Source of the DNA: Macrostomum lignano
Lineage: Eukaryota
DNA: 64,000 nt
Assembly: GCA_002269645.1 (NCBI GenBank)
Contig: NIVC01001138.1
Location: 62,001-126,000, forward strand
Direction: 5' to 3'
Every line of letters begins with the position of its first letter. Position 1 is the stretch's first letter. The notes beneath the pieces were generated by a model. The model had not been told where the DNA came from. It saw only the letters and a list, made by a program, of their open reading frames with translations, and ran no database searches. The position numbers were made by a program, and so were the translations under genes. Below, piece by piece: positions 35,701-46,134 of the stretch.

Positions 35701-38700
35701 GAAGACAGGACGCGCACTTACTTAGTTGGCAGCTGTCGCTCAGGGCTCAGGAAGATGGCCTTCTTTGGTGTATTTCTTTATCAAAGTGGGTCTGTATAAC
35801 TTGGGCTGTTTAACTTGGGCTGTAGATAGCTCTGACGAAGAACCACGTGCACGGAGAGGGGACAGTCGAGACGCGCACCGCTCCAACCCGCCGCGAGCGA
35901 TGTTAAATAGCACACGCCCGCGGAGGGGGGAGGGCCACGCGCTCTCAACCCCACCACCCCACCAACCCCCCAGCCAACCCCCCCCCCGGGGCCGGCCACC
36001 AAGCCCGCCGCCGGCTCAGCCAATCACCACGCGACTGGCTGGCCGCGACCAATCGCCACGCAGGGCGAGCAAACAAATGCCAAAACTTAAGCCTCTGGCT
36101 GCGGCAACGCAAAAAGGGGGGTGAATAACAAAAACTGAAAACAACTAGTTGAGGGGTGACTCAGCCCGCTGGGGCTAGGTGCACAGGCACCGCAAAAGTG
36201 CACAACACAACACAGATGAGCATTTAGAAGAAACTTGAATCCGTCTTTCCTTGATAGGAAGGTTCAGCAAACTGGGGTGGCGGGCATGCACTGGTTAAAG
36301 CGAGATGACTGGGCTTGGCTGGCGGCCTGTCGCTCAGATTTGGTCGCGGTCGATAAAACGCTTCAAGCGGTCGTGGTGGCCCATCAAATGGCGCCTGCCG
36401 TTCACAGCCTGCAGCCTGTAGTTCACAGGGCCGACTGTTTAAGGACGATGAACGGGCCGGACCACCGGTTCCACAGCGACTTGCACTGGCCGCGCTTCAT
36501 CGCATGGTGCGTCAGCATCACTCGATCACCGGTCTAGAAGTCGGCAGTCTCGGCCCCTAGACTGTAAAACTCGTGCTGCGCCCTCTGGGCCGTGTGCAGG
36601 TGCGCCCGCACTACCTGGAAGCCTGATTCTCGTCTGCAGGTCTGCGCCGTCCTGCGGCTGTTCGCGCTGCCCACCGAGTGCCAAGTCAATTGGCAGTCTG
36701 GGCTCCATGCCGCGTAGAACCTTGAACGGCGACTCGCCCGTGGAGCCGTGCTCAAAGCTGTTGTGGGCCCCACACGACGTAGGGCAGCAGGGCGTCCCAG
36801 CCGGCCTGGTTCTTCGAGCAGAATGCAGAGAGCATGTTGCCCAGCGTCTTATTGAACTTCTCGACGTTCCCGTTACAGCTGCGGTGAAACGGTGAGGTCC
36901 TCGATTTTTCTGTTCCGAGCAGTGCGCAGGTTTGCTTGAAAACTTTGGCCTCGAACTGGCGACCTTGGTCCGAGTGCACGACCTCCGGAACCCCTTGCCG
37001 CAGCACCACACAGGTCACCAGAGCCTCGGCGACCGTTTTGGCGTCAATCTGCATGTCTGAGGGCCGCCGCCTCCACCCACTTTGAAAGCGTACATGAAAT
37101 GTATCAACAAAGCAGAGGATGTAGCGCTTGCCTCACTCGGTGGCTGGCAGCGGGCCCTACCAGCTGGGGGATCACCGATGGAGCAATGCGCCGACCGGTG
37201 ACAGCGTCAGACAGGGCAGCAGCTTCTGGACCGACGCACTCACCGTCACTGGGAATTGAAAGCTGGGCTGGAGCATCGCGTATCAAACCGCGAGTAGAAC
37301 CTGGTCCTGGTCCTGCTCGTCAGGCAGATTAGCGATCTGAAACTGCACCGCCGCTGCTCGGCTGAGGGTGTCTGGCACGATGTTCTCCTTGCCGAGCCGG
37401 TACAGGATCTCCACAGGGGGAACTTCTGAATGAGCTGCAGCCAACGTACCGGCTGACGGATTGGCTCCTTCGCGTTGAGCAGCCCAGTGATCGTCTTGTG
37501 GTCGGTGAACACCTGGATCTTGCAGCTGTTGCTCAGGTACATGCGGAACTGCTTGAGACTCTAAACAATCGCGGGCAGCTCCCGGTCCGTGGTGCTGTAG
37601 TTGCGCTCTGCCTTGCTCAGCGTCCGGGAAGCGTAGGCCACTGGCAGCTCCTGGCCGTCGCGCTCCTGGCTGAGCACCGCACCCAAGGCCACAGCACTGC
37701 TGTCACAGCTGATGACGATAGGCCGGCTGAAGTCGGGCAGCTGGAGCACCGGGGCCTGGGTCAGCGCGTCCTTCAACTTGTTCAGCGCCGCAGCATGCTC
37801 TGACGTCCACATGAAGCCGCCGCCCGCGCCTTTCTGAGCCAGGTGATGCAACGGTTTGGCGATGTCAGGGGAGTTGGGCACGAACCTGCGGTAGAAGCTG
37901 AGCATGCCGATGATGCGCCGGACGCCCTCCTCGGACTGCGGCTCCGACATCCGCCTGATCGCCTCGATCTTCTTCGATCGAGTTGCCGCTCTCAGAGACT
38001 TGATGGCCCAGGTACGCGACGCTCCGGTATGCGAAGAAGCCTTGCCCGGGTTCAGCTTCAGCTTGGCATACCGCAGTCGATGCAGCACCCTGGACAGTGA
38101 CTGAACGTGGCTCTCAAAGTCCCTGTTAAAAATGATCAGGTCATCAATGTACGCGATGACCTCCTCCCAGCTCAGGCCGGTCATGATGAGCTCCATCATT
38201 TGCTGGTAGGTCGCAGGAGCGTTGCACATGCCGAATCCTGTTTTGCGGAATTGCATCAGGCGCTCGGTTTAGAACACTGTCAACGGCCGATCCTCCTCTC
38301 TGACCTCCACCTAAAGGAAGACTTGCGCATGTCGATGGTAGAGAACCATGAGCAGCCAAGGAGTCGAGCGCCTGGTGCAATTTCGGTACTACGACGGCAC
38401 CCTGAACTCTGGCGATGATCACTGTGGGAACCAAGCAACAGGACAGCGGGCCATCTGGCTTGGACTCGCAATTACTGAACGGAACCGCGTCACCATCGAA
38501 TCCGACTGTCTTGGCACCCTGGTCGATGCTGAACTGCGATCTGGCCGCCTTGCTCACGAAATCTGAGCGAATCCCTCTGACCATCAGCCCCATTTGTCTG
38601 CGCAGATGATGACCGAGTCGCACCGTAATGCTCACGCTTCCCAACAGCTCGATAACGGAGTCGTCCACGGACACATGCCTGACATCTGCCGGCTTCAGCT

Positions 38701-41373
38701 CGTAGCGACCGTCCAGCTCTCTCAAGGCAACGTCGCTGATCAGCGAGGTCTGCGCTCGGGTGTTCAGCAGCCAACGGCGCAGCTTGCTGTTTGCCTCTCT
38801 AGCCAGGAATAAAAATCGCTCGGGAAGCACGGGATTGCTCCTTGGGGTTGGTGTAGGTCCCGCACCCGTTGCACCAACCCTTAGGAGTTTCCCAGAACCT
38901 TCGATGGACAGACTGAGGCTTTGTGTCCTCGCCCCGAGCACTTGTGGCAGATGATCTGGTCCGGCTGTTTATAACGCTCCTGACATTGCGCTGCACGGTG
39001 TCCGAGATGGCCGCAGTTGAAGCAGCCGCCTTCTCGCTGCTGACGACACGCCGAGTGTCAATACCGGACTGCACGCCGACCCTTCATGATGATGAGCTCG
39101 TCCATGCGTTTCTCCAGTCAGTCCAGGCGATCCTCGCCCGGTCCCGCTGCTGATGTAGCGCCGATGGCTCCGAATGCCGTCACCGACTGTCGCCGAGCGA
39201 GCTCCCCCAGCAGAGCCGCCCACTGCAGCAGAGTCTCCAAACTGCAGGTCTCTGCGTCCTCTGCCTTGAGCAGCTGCAGAAGTTTGAAGCGCATATCTAG
39301 ATCTCGCTGAGAAACTGAATCACTCGACCTGGCATTCTGGTGCAGCAGCTTTAGGTTGAAACAGAGCTCATGGAGCGTCTCCGAGTCTTCACGCTTTTTT
39401 GAGTAGAAGTCGTTCATAGCCTCAAAAGCTGTGTGATTCACCTCCGTAAAACTTTGTGAGGTCCTCTTTGATACTATTGAAGCTCTTCTGCCTTGTCTCG
39501 GTGAGGTCCCAGACGACAAGTTGGGCTTCTCCCGTGAGCAGCAGCTTCACCTTTGATGCTAGGGTCGCGTCATCCCATTTCCCATCGTTGGCGAATTCCT
39601 CGAAGATGCATAGCAGATGCCGTCTGTTCCACTGAACTTTGGCAGTAGCAGGGTGTTCTAGGCCATTAGTGCACTTGCACTGGGTTCTCGCTGACACCAG
39701 TGTAAGAGCCGAGAAATTAGATCAATTCATGAAGTATATTTGGAATGCATGATTACTAAGGGGAGCGATTATAGAGTCAGCGATAGAATGGTTAAAATGA
39801 CTCGATCACCCAACTGGGGTGGCGGGCATGCACAGAGAAAAACGAGATACAAGTAATAAGAAAGCACCCACCCTGACGACACAAATCAAACGCAACCTCA
39901 CACAAGCATTTCTGCCTCAAAGCTCTATTGTTTCAGATTCTTTAGATATGAAAATATGACCCTACACTCCCAGTCTTAATATACACCAATCCGATGCCGG
40001 CCGACGTTCCCGACGCCAATCGCTGTGGCTGACAATTATGTGCTTTTTAAATTACAACGACTGATAACGACGTCAAGCTAAACGGATTTTTGAGACTTTT
40101 GCAGTGTTGGTACCGCCAAATACAGGTGCGAATGCGTCTGCTGTGCCGTTAGCTGCACGCGTGGCATCTCACCATTTTCCCAGCCAGTGGCGCCACCGCC
40201 GCCACCAGCAGCCAGCAGCAGCAGCCGGTCGCCCGTCCGGTACACGAAGCTGCTGCCGCCTCCGCCGCCTCCTTCGCTGCTCAGGGAGGTCGAACCGCCC
40301 ATCTGGCCCACAACAATGCTCAGCTGGACTCCGGCCGTCAGATTGACTCTGGCGCTCACCTTTACTCCTGGGCCTCCGATGGTGTTCTTCATAGTGTTGT
40401 TGCCCCCTCTGGCTCCGGCAGCCTCGATCAGGTAGCAGCCGCTAGCGGGAGCCGTGAAGGTTTCGATCGATCCGTTTCTGCCCGAGCTGCTGTCTGCAGG
40501 GGTTCATAATGATAAAATTATAATATTTTATTGCAACTGCGCCAATGGGCAGCTATTGTGCGGCGCATCTGAAGGCTGCGTACGGCTGTTCAGTCCAAGG
40601 ACTGGGGGGTCGCCACACACACCCTCAATTACCCCAGCTAATGCTGGCACCCATTTTACAGCTGGGTGAACTGAAGCAATGCAGAGTTAAGTGTCTTGCT
40701 CAAGGACACAAATGGTTCTGAGTGAGTCGAGAACCCCCGACCTTTCAGTTGTGAGTTCGATGCTCTAACCACTAGGCTGCAACCCGTTTTAGGGGTTTAT
40801 GCAGTGTCATATATAACTGTATTAAGAAGCTTTGATTGCAACTATTGTCACAGACATTTTCAAATTTCTATATCTCGTGACTCACTTCTCAGGAGACCCC
40901 CAGTTGACGTCAAACTCATCAAGTGCTGCTCAAATTCTTCCACTTTCCACAAAGTCACAGCGCTGTCGTCGGGCGAGCCGAGCTGTCTCGTCACGTGACT
41001 CCCGTTTAGGCCGGCAGGCTGCCCTGATGACTCATTGCTGAGGCTGACTGCCCGACAGACTCTGGCGGTCTTGTTCAGCTCGGCGACAGCGCAGCCTCGG
41101 AGCTGGCACAGCAGCAGGCACTGACTTTCCCGAGCGACGTCGGTCTCGACGAACAAGCTGCTCACAGAGTCACTCAGCTCAACGGAGCCGTCGGTGACGA
41201 ATCGACTGAAGCGTTTGCCACTTCCAGCGTTGGTCACTGAAATTCAATATATAATTTACAAGCATATGAAGGCTTTTGTTTTGCACCAGAGCACCCGACC
41301 TTACTTGTACTGAAGCTCTATACTCACCGTTAAATAAAATGAACACAATCGCTAAAATGAATTCCGCCTGCAT
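26714..41373 (-). CDS. Secreted PAN/Apple-like + ALK/LTK-type glycine-rich protein, copy B, 401 aa, 4 exons
   Basis: Exons 41328-41373 (signal-peptide-like MQAEFILAIVFILFN), 40886-41236 (CLLLCQLRGCAVAELNKTARVCRAV), 40173-40493 (GCYLIEAAGARGG..SIVVGQMGG..GGGGGSSFV..LLLAAGGGGGA), 26714-27201 (GGCGAGW..GGFGGGGGGG..GGGFSGGG..GGGGSF). All phase-1 GT..AG introns; 1206 nt uninterrupted. Intron 3 is 27202-40172. Confidence 0.8.
27279..28096 (-). repeat. 3' LTR of the Gypsy element (818 bp)
   Basis: Direct repeat of 35392-36212; preceded on the minus strand by the PPT. Confidence 0.97.
28916..29899 (-). CDS. Retrotransposon-borne DnaJ/Hsp40 J-domain protein, 327 aa, intronless
   Basis: ATG at 29899. 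Residues 1-67 LYDELEI..AVKRAYRRLALKYHPDK..AEEKCKALNVAYEIL..RRWLYDMYG form a four-helix J-domain with HPD at aa 30-32. Acidic linker and helical/basic C-terminus follow. Lies between the integrase stop and the 3' LTR. Confidence 0.9.
   Translation of the reverse strand: MSLYDELEIDQGVEATAVKRAYRRLALKYHPDKHPDRAFAEEKCKALNVAYEILGCPFRRWLYDMYGDSSISFSGAVELARQVQPPSDIPVPEDILEAIRLEDEDMPSEDEQSDADAFRGDDEPGDTDSESAVSDGSRPPGWEAEEQGFRQSFERSYAPDSGYCIIISDDETDQVGEMETDGEDLPDVEAWKLVPVGATTVEMEELPLPSTTRFVELRRSLRTALLKGEEEEIVNVFEELADLFRVRREEPRRYLTAVTLQVLKFLRRDISVTWSKGRGRRSGWKRECLKRAARVMRKVVIPRFELLGAGQVQALLRCCARVVACEC
30018..34261 (-). pseudogene. Gypsy pol (protease, RT, RNase H, integrase with GPY/F module), interrupted
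   Basis: LLDSGAS protease; YLDD RT; DAS/RNase H; H-H-C-C zinc finger and D..D..E integrase. In-frame TAG at 31814-31816 (DPEG*CARW, same frame continues) and a frameshift near 31200-31240. Confidence 0.92.
34274..35234 (-). pseudogene. Gypsy gag with two CCHC zinc knuckles, frameshifted
   Basis: Capsid-like ORF 34758-35234, frameshift near 34765, knuckle CWNCHEKGHMANRC; a second knuckle (C)HRCGKLGHVAAKC is restored by one missing base near 34358. Confidence 0.85.
35371..35388 (-). promoter_or_regulatory. Primer-binding site, tRNA-Lys(UUU)-type
   Basis: TGGCGCCCAAACAGGGAC immediately inside the 5' LTR; one mismatch from TGGCGCCCGAACAGGGAC. Confidence 0.88.
35392..36212 (-). repeat. 5' LTR of the Gypsy element (821 bp)
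   Basis: Direct repeat of 27279-28096, adjacent to the PBS. Confidence 0.97.
36290..39832 (-). mobile_element. Older, internally deleted and frameshifted Ty3/Gypsy element
   Basis: Fragments of gag (39118-39697), protease (WLLNTRAQTSLIS), RT/RNase H (FGMCNAPATYQ, YIDD, CDSSAVALGAVL; 37561-38256), integrase (HSDQGRQFE, NGNVEKFNKTL; 36526-37054) and WSGPF. tRNA-Leu-type PBS TGGTGTCAG at 39691-39699 next to an LTR end at 39701. Outer boundaries uncertain. Confidence 0.88.
40505..40785 (-). mobile_element. tRNA-derived CORE-type SINE in intron 2 of gene B
   Basis: Minus strand: A-box TAGTGGTTAGAGC, B-box-like GGTTCTCGACTC, then TGTGTCCTTGAGCAAGACACTTAAC...CAGCTGTAAAATGGG, which resembles the MIR/CORE domain. 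Confidence 0.75.
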
Positions 41374-42400
41374 AGTGGAATAAGTTTAGTCTCAATTTTG
41401 TGCATTCAAATTAGACTTCAGTTGCGAATGCAAGTCTTTAGGTAATTATGAGATCTGCATGCGTAGGTTTTGCATTTTATGCCGCCTTTGAACAGCAGCT
41501 GAGCAGCCAATCAGCAATGCAGGAAGCAGGAGTGATGGGCCGCTGCGCAAGCTTCATTAGGTTCAGCTTCAAGACACCATCAATTAAACATGCTAGCTCT
41601 CGCGTGCAAATAATGACAGAGTTATTCACCAGCCGAAAAGTTTCAGCCATCTGGTAAGAAGAAACTTTTCTACCCACATTAAGAATTCCTACAACAAAGC
41701 AATAGAGCTACCAGCTGGGTGAAATTGTTTGCTTTCATTTTGCTCCTACAGCAATGGCTTTGCTAAGAGTCGCTTCTGAAGCTAATTCAAAGTTTCCTGC
41801 AAGACCTCATAATGGGGAAATTTTTAGTAGTTAGTTGGGTTGATTATGGCCAAAACAGAAGCCCGCGTAGCACACGATTTCTTCTTCTTACATTAGATTG
41901 GTTAGAAGAAGAAAAGAATGCTTTTTCTTACAATTGGCAATTATTTCAGCCTGCTCTCTCTTTTGAGCTGCGGTCATTGATGTTTGTTTTTACCATAGAA
42001 GGCGGCACCGTTTTTGAGCATTGCCCCACGCGTCTATGGTAAAGAAACATTTCTGTGAAATAGTTCGTCTTTTTTATTTGATTTATTCTTGCAAGATTGA
42101 CCTTTCTATGATTTAACTGCATGACCTATGATTGAAATAGAATAAAAATGATTTTTTGCTATAGAATTGCCCGTTAGCGTTCTACTACTGTATTACAGAA
42201 TCGCTCCATTATTTCAGCACAGTGAGTGTGCGTGGATTTGGCCACAGACGAAAACGCATGATGTGAAGGCGGAGTCGGGACTCGCCGGGATAGTGGAGTT
42301 AGAGGCAGTGGTAGGTTGTGTCACAGACGAAACTGATGAACAAGCGTGGGGCCTAAAAGAAGATGGAGGGAGGGCTAGCTAGGAAGACAGACAAGCAGAC

Positions 42401-42404
<4 letters not shown>

Positions 42405-42485
<81 letters not shown>
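42405..42485. repeat. (GA)n microsatellite
   Basis: Direct observation. Confidence 0.95.
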
Positions 42486-43221
42486 CGAGACAGATAGCGT
42501 ATAGAGAGTGTTGTGTATGCGGCTTGTACGCCGGTTAGAGTTCTTGCGCTCTGATTGGTTGGGGGGGGGGGTTTAGTCTGTCTGCCCAGACCGGCCTAGG
42601 CCGGGTAGGGGGTTTGCTGTTTGCTGAATCATGCTAGTTAGTAGTTTAACTATAATATAGGTGCACACCGGCCTTTCAAGGCTTAGTGAATTTTTATACC
42701 CTGGAATCGCTTCTCGCATCTTATTCATTTGGCCACGCTGCCTCAAAGCACAACAGATAGCTTAACCTCTTACGCCTCAGCTATTCTATTTTGAAGCTTA
42801 CATGTACGCTCGTACCAAACATGCATGACTCATCAACTGGGACCATCTCCCGATGGAATTGCTTAACGGTCGTGAGTCAATTAAGCCGGATACCGGAACA
42901 CAGTGCCAAGGCCCACCAACATGACGCGGAACTTTTACAACTTTATAAACTGGCTGGAGTTATCTCTGCCAAAAACAACTAATGATTCGCCACGGTGGAT
43001 CTTTTGAGTATTTTCTAACGGAGCATTCGGAGGAGGACTGTGACGACGCGTTGGACTCGTGGAAGCTTTACGAATACCTGCGTACTACGAGTATAAAAAT
43101 ATGCTAATTGTATGTCTGCCCGATTGCTGACAATTGAACGCATGCTGACATTCCCCTGTTTATTCCTACCGATTCCTAATGTCTATATAGACCGTATCCC
43201 AGAAGAAATATTCCTTGAGAA

Positions 43222-43459
43222 GGGTAGAGAGAGTGGCGGCATTTACTCGTAATAACAGATCAAAGGAAATACATGAGGGTAGACGGAGTTTAATATTTAT
43301 TAAAAGGCATTAAATAAAAGATGAAGGAAACAGGGGAAGAGAAAATAAAGTAATAAATATTGCCGCACACAAATAAAACTCACAGGTGAGCACGATGGGC
43401 ATGAGAGCTGTGAACATGAGAAACAGCACTCAGAAGAAATCCATCGTTTCCGATTTTAA
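43222..43459 (-). pseudogene. Displaced, internally deleted ABCG exon/intron remnant
   Basis: AAAACTCACAGGTGAG..GGGCAT.AGAGCTGTGAACATGAGAAACAGCA..CAGAAGAA and CGTTTCCGATTTTAA match ABCG 61613-61725; GGTAGAGAGAGTGGCGGCATTT..AGATCAAAGGAAATA and GAAACAGGGGAAGAGAAAA match the adjacent ABCG intron. Confidence 0.85.
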
Positions 43460-44055
43460 CGGTAAGCCGACGGATGTCCTGAATACGGGACAAGCAGTCA
43501 CTTCTGCTGCAGCCGAAAACTTAAAACTAAGTTCTATGGTCAAAACTGCAGCTGTGCTGCACTGCCGTTGCCGACGGCTGTGTCCCAAAAACGGGACACA
43601 CTCATGGATGGACACACTACTTTAATTTAATTTAAAATAAGTGAAAGTGTAGCGTATTCACTAATATTATAAAAGTATTGCAGCTAGCGTATTATAACTA
43701 CTGTATTCTAGAAGCTTCCGCGTAAACACGCACTTTCCATATTTGGCATTTTGAATTCCCGCGCACCCCTTTCTAGAAACTGCTTCTCGAACTTTCCGGA
43801 TTCCGGAATGTTCCATCAACACGAATATAAATATACAGCACCCTAGCACGCAATTACTCAAGCCCGCTTACCCTCTTCTTTTCCGCACGGAAAACAATCA
43901 AAGCAAAAACCAAAACAAACGAACCACCGCGTTTCACGCCTCAATTATTTTCGCAATTCTACAAAAGTGCTAACAGAACAGAAACAGGATTAGAATAGAT
44001 AATTTTGGATAGACATCATAGCAACGGAAACCTCCTTGTTAGGGTACTCCATAAA

Positions 44056-44300
44056 TCCTATATCCTAAAAATGGTCTGTTGGTATGTGTGTGATCGATTT
44101 TAGCAAAAACGGCTCAACCGATTTTATTCGAACTTGCACCATTCGATCAGAAATTTTTCCGTGACGGTACATGCATCGTGGCTAAGAAATTGCTCGATGC
44201 TAAAGGGATTAAATATTCGAAAAACATGCTTTTTTGCAAAGGTCAGGCAGCTATTTCGACTTGAAACGCACTGTAAAAATGCTAGAGAAAAAACTGAGTG
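44056..44300 (+). mobile_element. Tentative non-autonomous Helitron/DINE-1-like repeat fragment
   Basis: TCCTATATCCTAAAAATG, short TG tract, then AAAAACGGCTCAACCGATTTT, a layout recalled from invertebrate Helitron-like repeats. 3' end not located. A similar layout starts near 51020. Confidence 0.3.
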
Positions 44301-44734
44301 GTTGAATTCTGATTCTGAAATAGATTGCATCACAATACACTTTATTTATCGTCTGTGTACTGGCTGAATTTGACACTCAATTGAATTGCGTCACAGCTTT
44401 GAGTGTGAAAGTATAGTGCAGTACTGAATTTATATTACGTAACCATATTGTTAGCTTTCATAGACACTGGTACTGACTTGCCTAAGAAATTGATTATGTC
44501 ATAACTGCTTCGCGTGACTTTTTACTCTACCTGACTTGGTGTGAGTGTTGAATTAAATACGTGGTACAAATTCACTGATAACTTCGATGAGAGCTAGCCT
44601 AGAGCTGAGCAGACCAGACTGCTAATGCAGCGACCTGGGTTCGAATCTAAGTAGTTTAAAAGTAGTAGTGTAAAATTTTTTATTAAAAGCTTTTATTAAA
44701 GGACTAAATAAAAACACTTAGATTACTGCACTCG

Positions 44735-45720
44735 ATAAGCTAAGGATTATTGCTATTAATAAACCAAGGATTACTGCACTCAATAAACCAAGGACTATTG
44801 CTCTTGGCAAACCAAGGATTACTGCACTTGATTAATCAAGGATTATTGCTATTAATAAACCAAGGATTACTGCACTCGATAAGCCAAGGATTATTGCTAT
44901 TAATAAACCAAGGATTACTGCACTCAATAAACCAAGGACTATTGCTCTTGGCAAACCAAGGATTACTGCACTTGATTAATCAAGGATTATTGCTAGTAAT
45001 AAACCAAGGATTACTGCACTCGATAAGCCAAGGATTATTGCTATTAATAAACCAAGGATTACTGCACTCAATAAACCAAGGACTATTGCTATTAATAAAC
45101 CAAGGATTACTGCACTCAATAAACCAAGGACTATTGCTCTTGGCAAACCAAGGATTACTGCACTCGATAAGCCAAGGATTATTGCTATTAATAAACCAAG
45201 GATTACTGCACTCGATAAACCAAGGATTATTGCTATTAATCAACCAAGGATTACTGCACTCGATAAGCCAAGGATTATTGCTATTAATAAACCAAGGATT
45301 ACTGCACTCAATAAACCAAGGACTATTGCTCTTGGCAAACCAAGGATTACTGCACTCGATAAGCCAAGGACTATTGCTCTTGGCAAACCAAGGATTACTG
45401 CACTCGATAAGCCATGGATTATTGCTATTAATAAACCAAGGATTACTGCACTCGATAAGCCAAGGATTATTGCTATTAATCAACCAAGGATTACTGCACT
45501 CGATAAGCCAAGGATTATTGCTATTAATAAACCAAGGATTATGCACTTGGCAAACCAAGGATTACTGCACTCGATAAGCCAAGGATTATTGCTATTAATA
45601 AACCAAGGATTACTGCACTTGGCAAACCAAGAATTACTGCACTCGATAAGCCATGGATTATTGCTATTAATAAACCAAGGATTACTGCACTCGATAGCCA
45701 AGGATTACTGCGCTTGATAA
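44735..45720. repeat. Higher-order minisatellite of alternating 24-bp units (AAACCAAGGATTACTGCACTCAAT / AAACCAAGGATTATTGCTATTAAT)
   Basis: Tandem units; source of ORF 44750..45577. Confidence 0.95.
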
Positions 45721-45769
45721 GCTTGGCTACATGTATAGGATTATTTCTATCCAGGGATGCTTGCTATTT

Positions 45770-45975
45770 AGGGATTCTTGCTATGTGCAGGATGCTTGCT
45801 ATCTGGAAGGATGCTTCTACATTATTTGGGGTATGCTTGCTATCTGCAAGATGCTTGCTATCTGCAAGATGCTTGCTATCTGCAGATGCTTGCTATCTGC
45901 AGATGCTTGCTATCTGGGTGGATGCTTGCTAGGAGTATTAGGGGATGCTTGCTACTGGGGGATGCTTGCTGTCTT
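45770..45975. repeat. Degenerate 18-bp tandem repeat (GATGCTTGCTATCTGCAA)
   Basis: Tandem units. Confidence 0.85.
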
Positions 45976-46134
45976 GGGAATATTTTCTATTTAGGGGTAA
46001 TGACTAAAATTCATGAGAGCTAGCCTAGAGGTAAACAGACTAAACTGCAGGGACGATGCAGGGACGATGGTTCGAATTTTTAGAGAGTAGAGTTTTTTTA
46101 ATTAAAGCTTTTTAACGCCAAGACAAAAAAAATT

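Larger units (their letters stand above)
27279..36212 (-). mobile_element. Full-length young Ty3/Gypsy LTR retrotransposon carrying an extra J-domain ORF
   Basis: LTRs 27279-28096 and 35392-36212 (TGTTG...CAACA, ~99% identical by eye); TSD CAGA at 27275-27278 and 36213-36216; PBS TGGCGCCCAAACAGGGAC at 35371-35388; PPT GGGAGGCGGGG next to the 3' LTR; order gag, PR-RT-RH-IN. Confidence 0.97.

Noticed and set aside
41448-41677. Small ORFs upstream of gene B in sequence shared with gene D
   Set aside because: The reading frames are not preserved in the D copy; the similarity is explained by the segmental duplication.
44589-44647. tRNA gene
   Set aside because: A- and B-box-like motifs are present but no acceptor stem or cloverleaf; treated as a tRNA-derived repeat head.
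44750-45577. 275-aa LRR-like ORF (LLLINQGL)n
   Set aside because: 24-bp satellite translation, not a real leucine-rich repeat.
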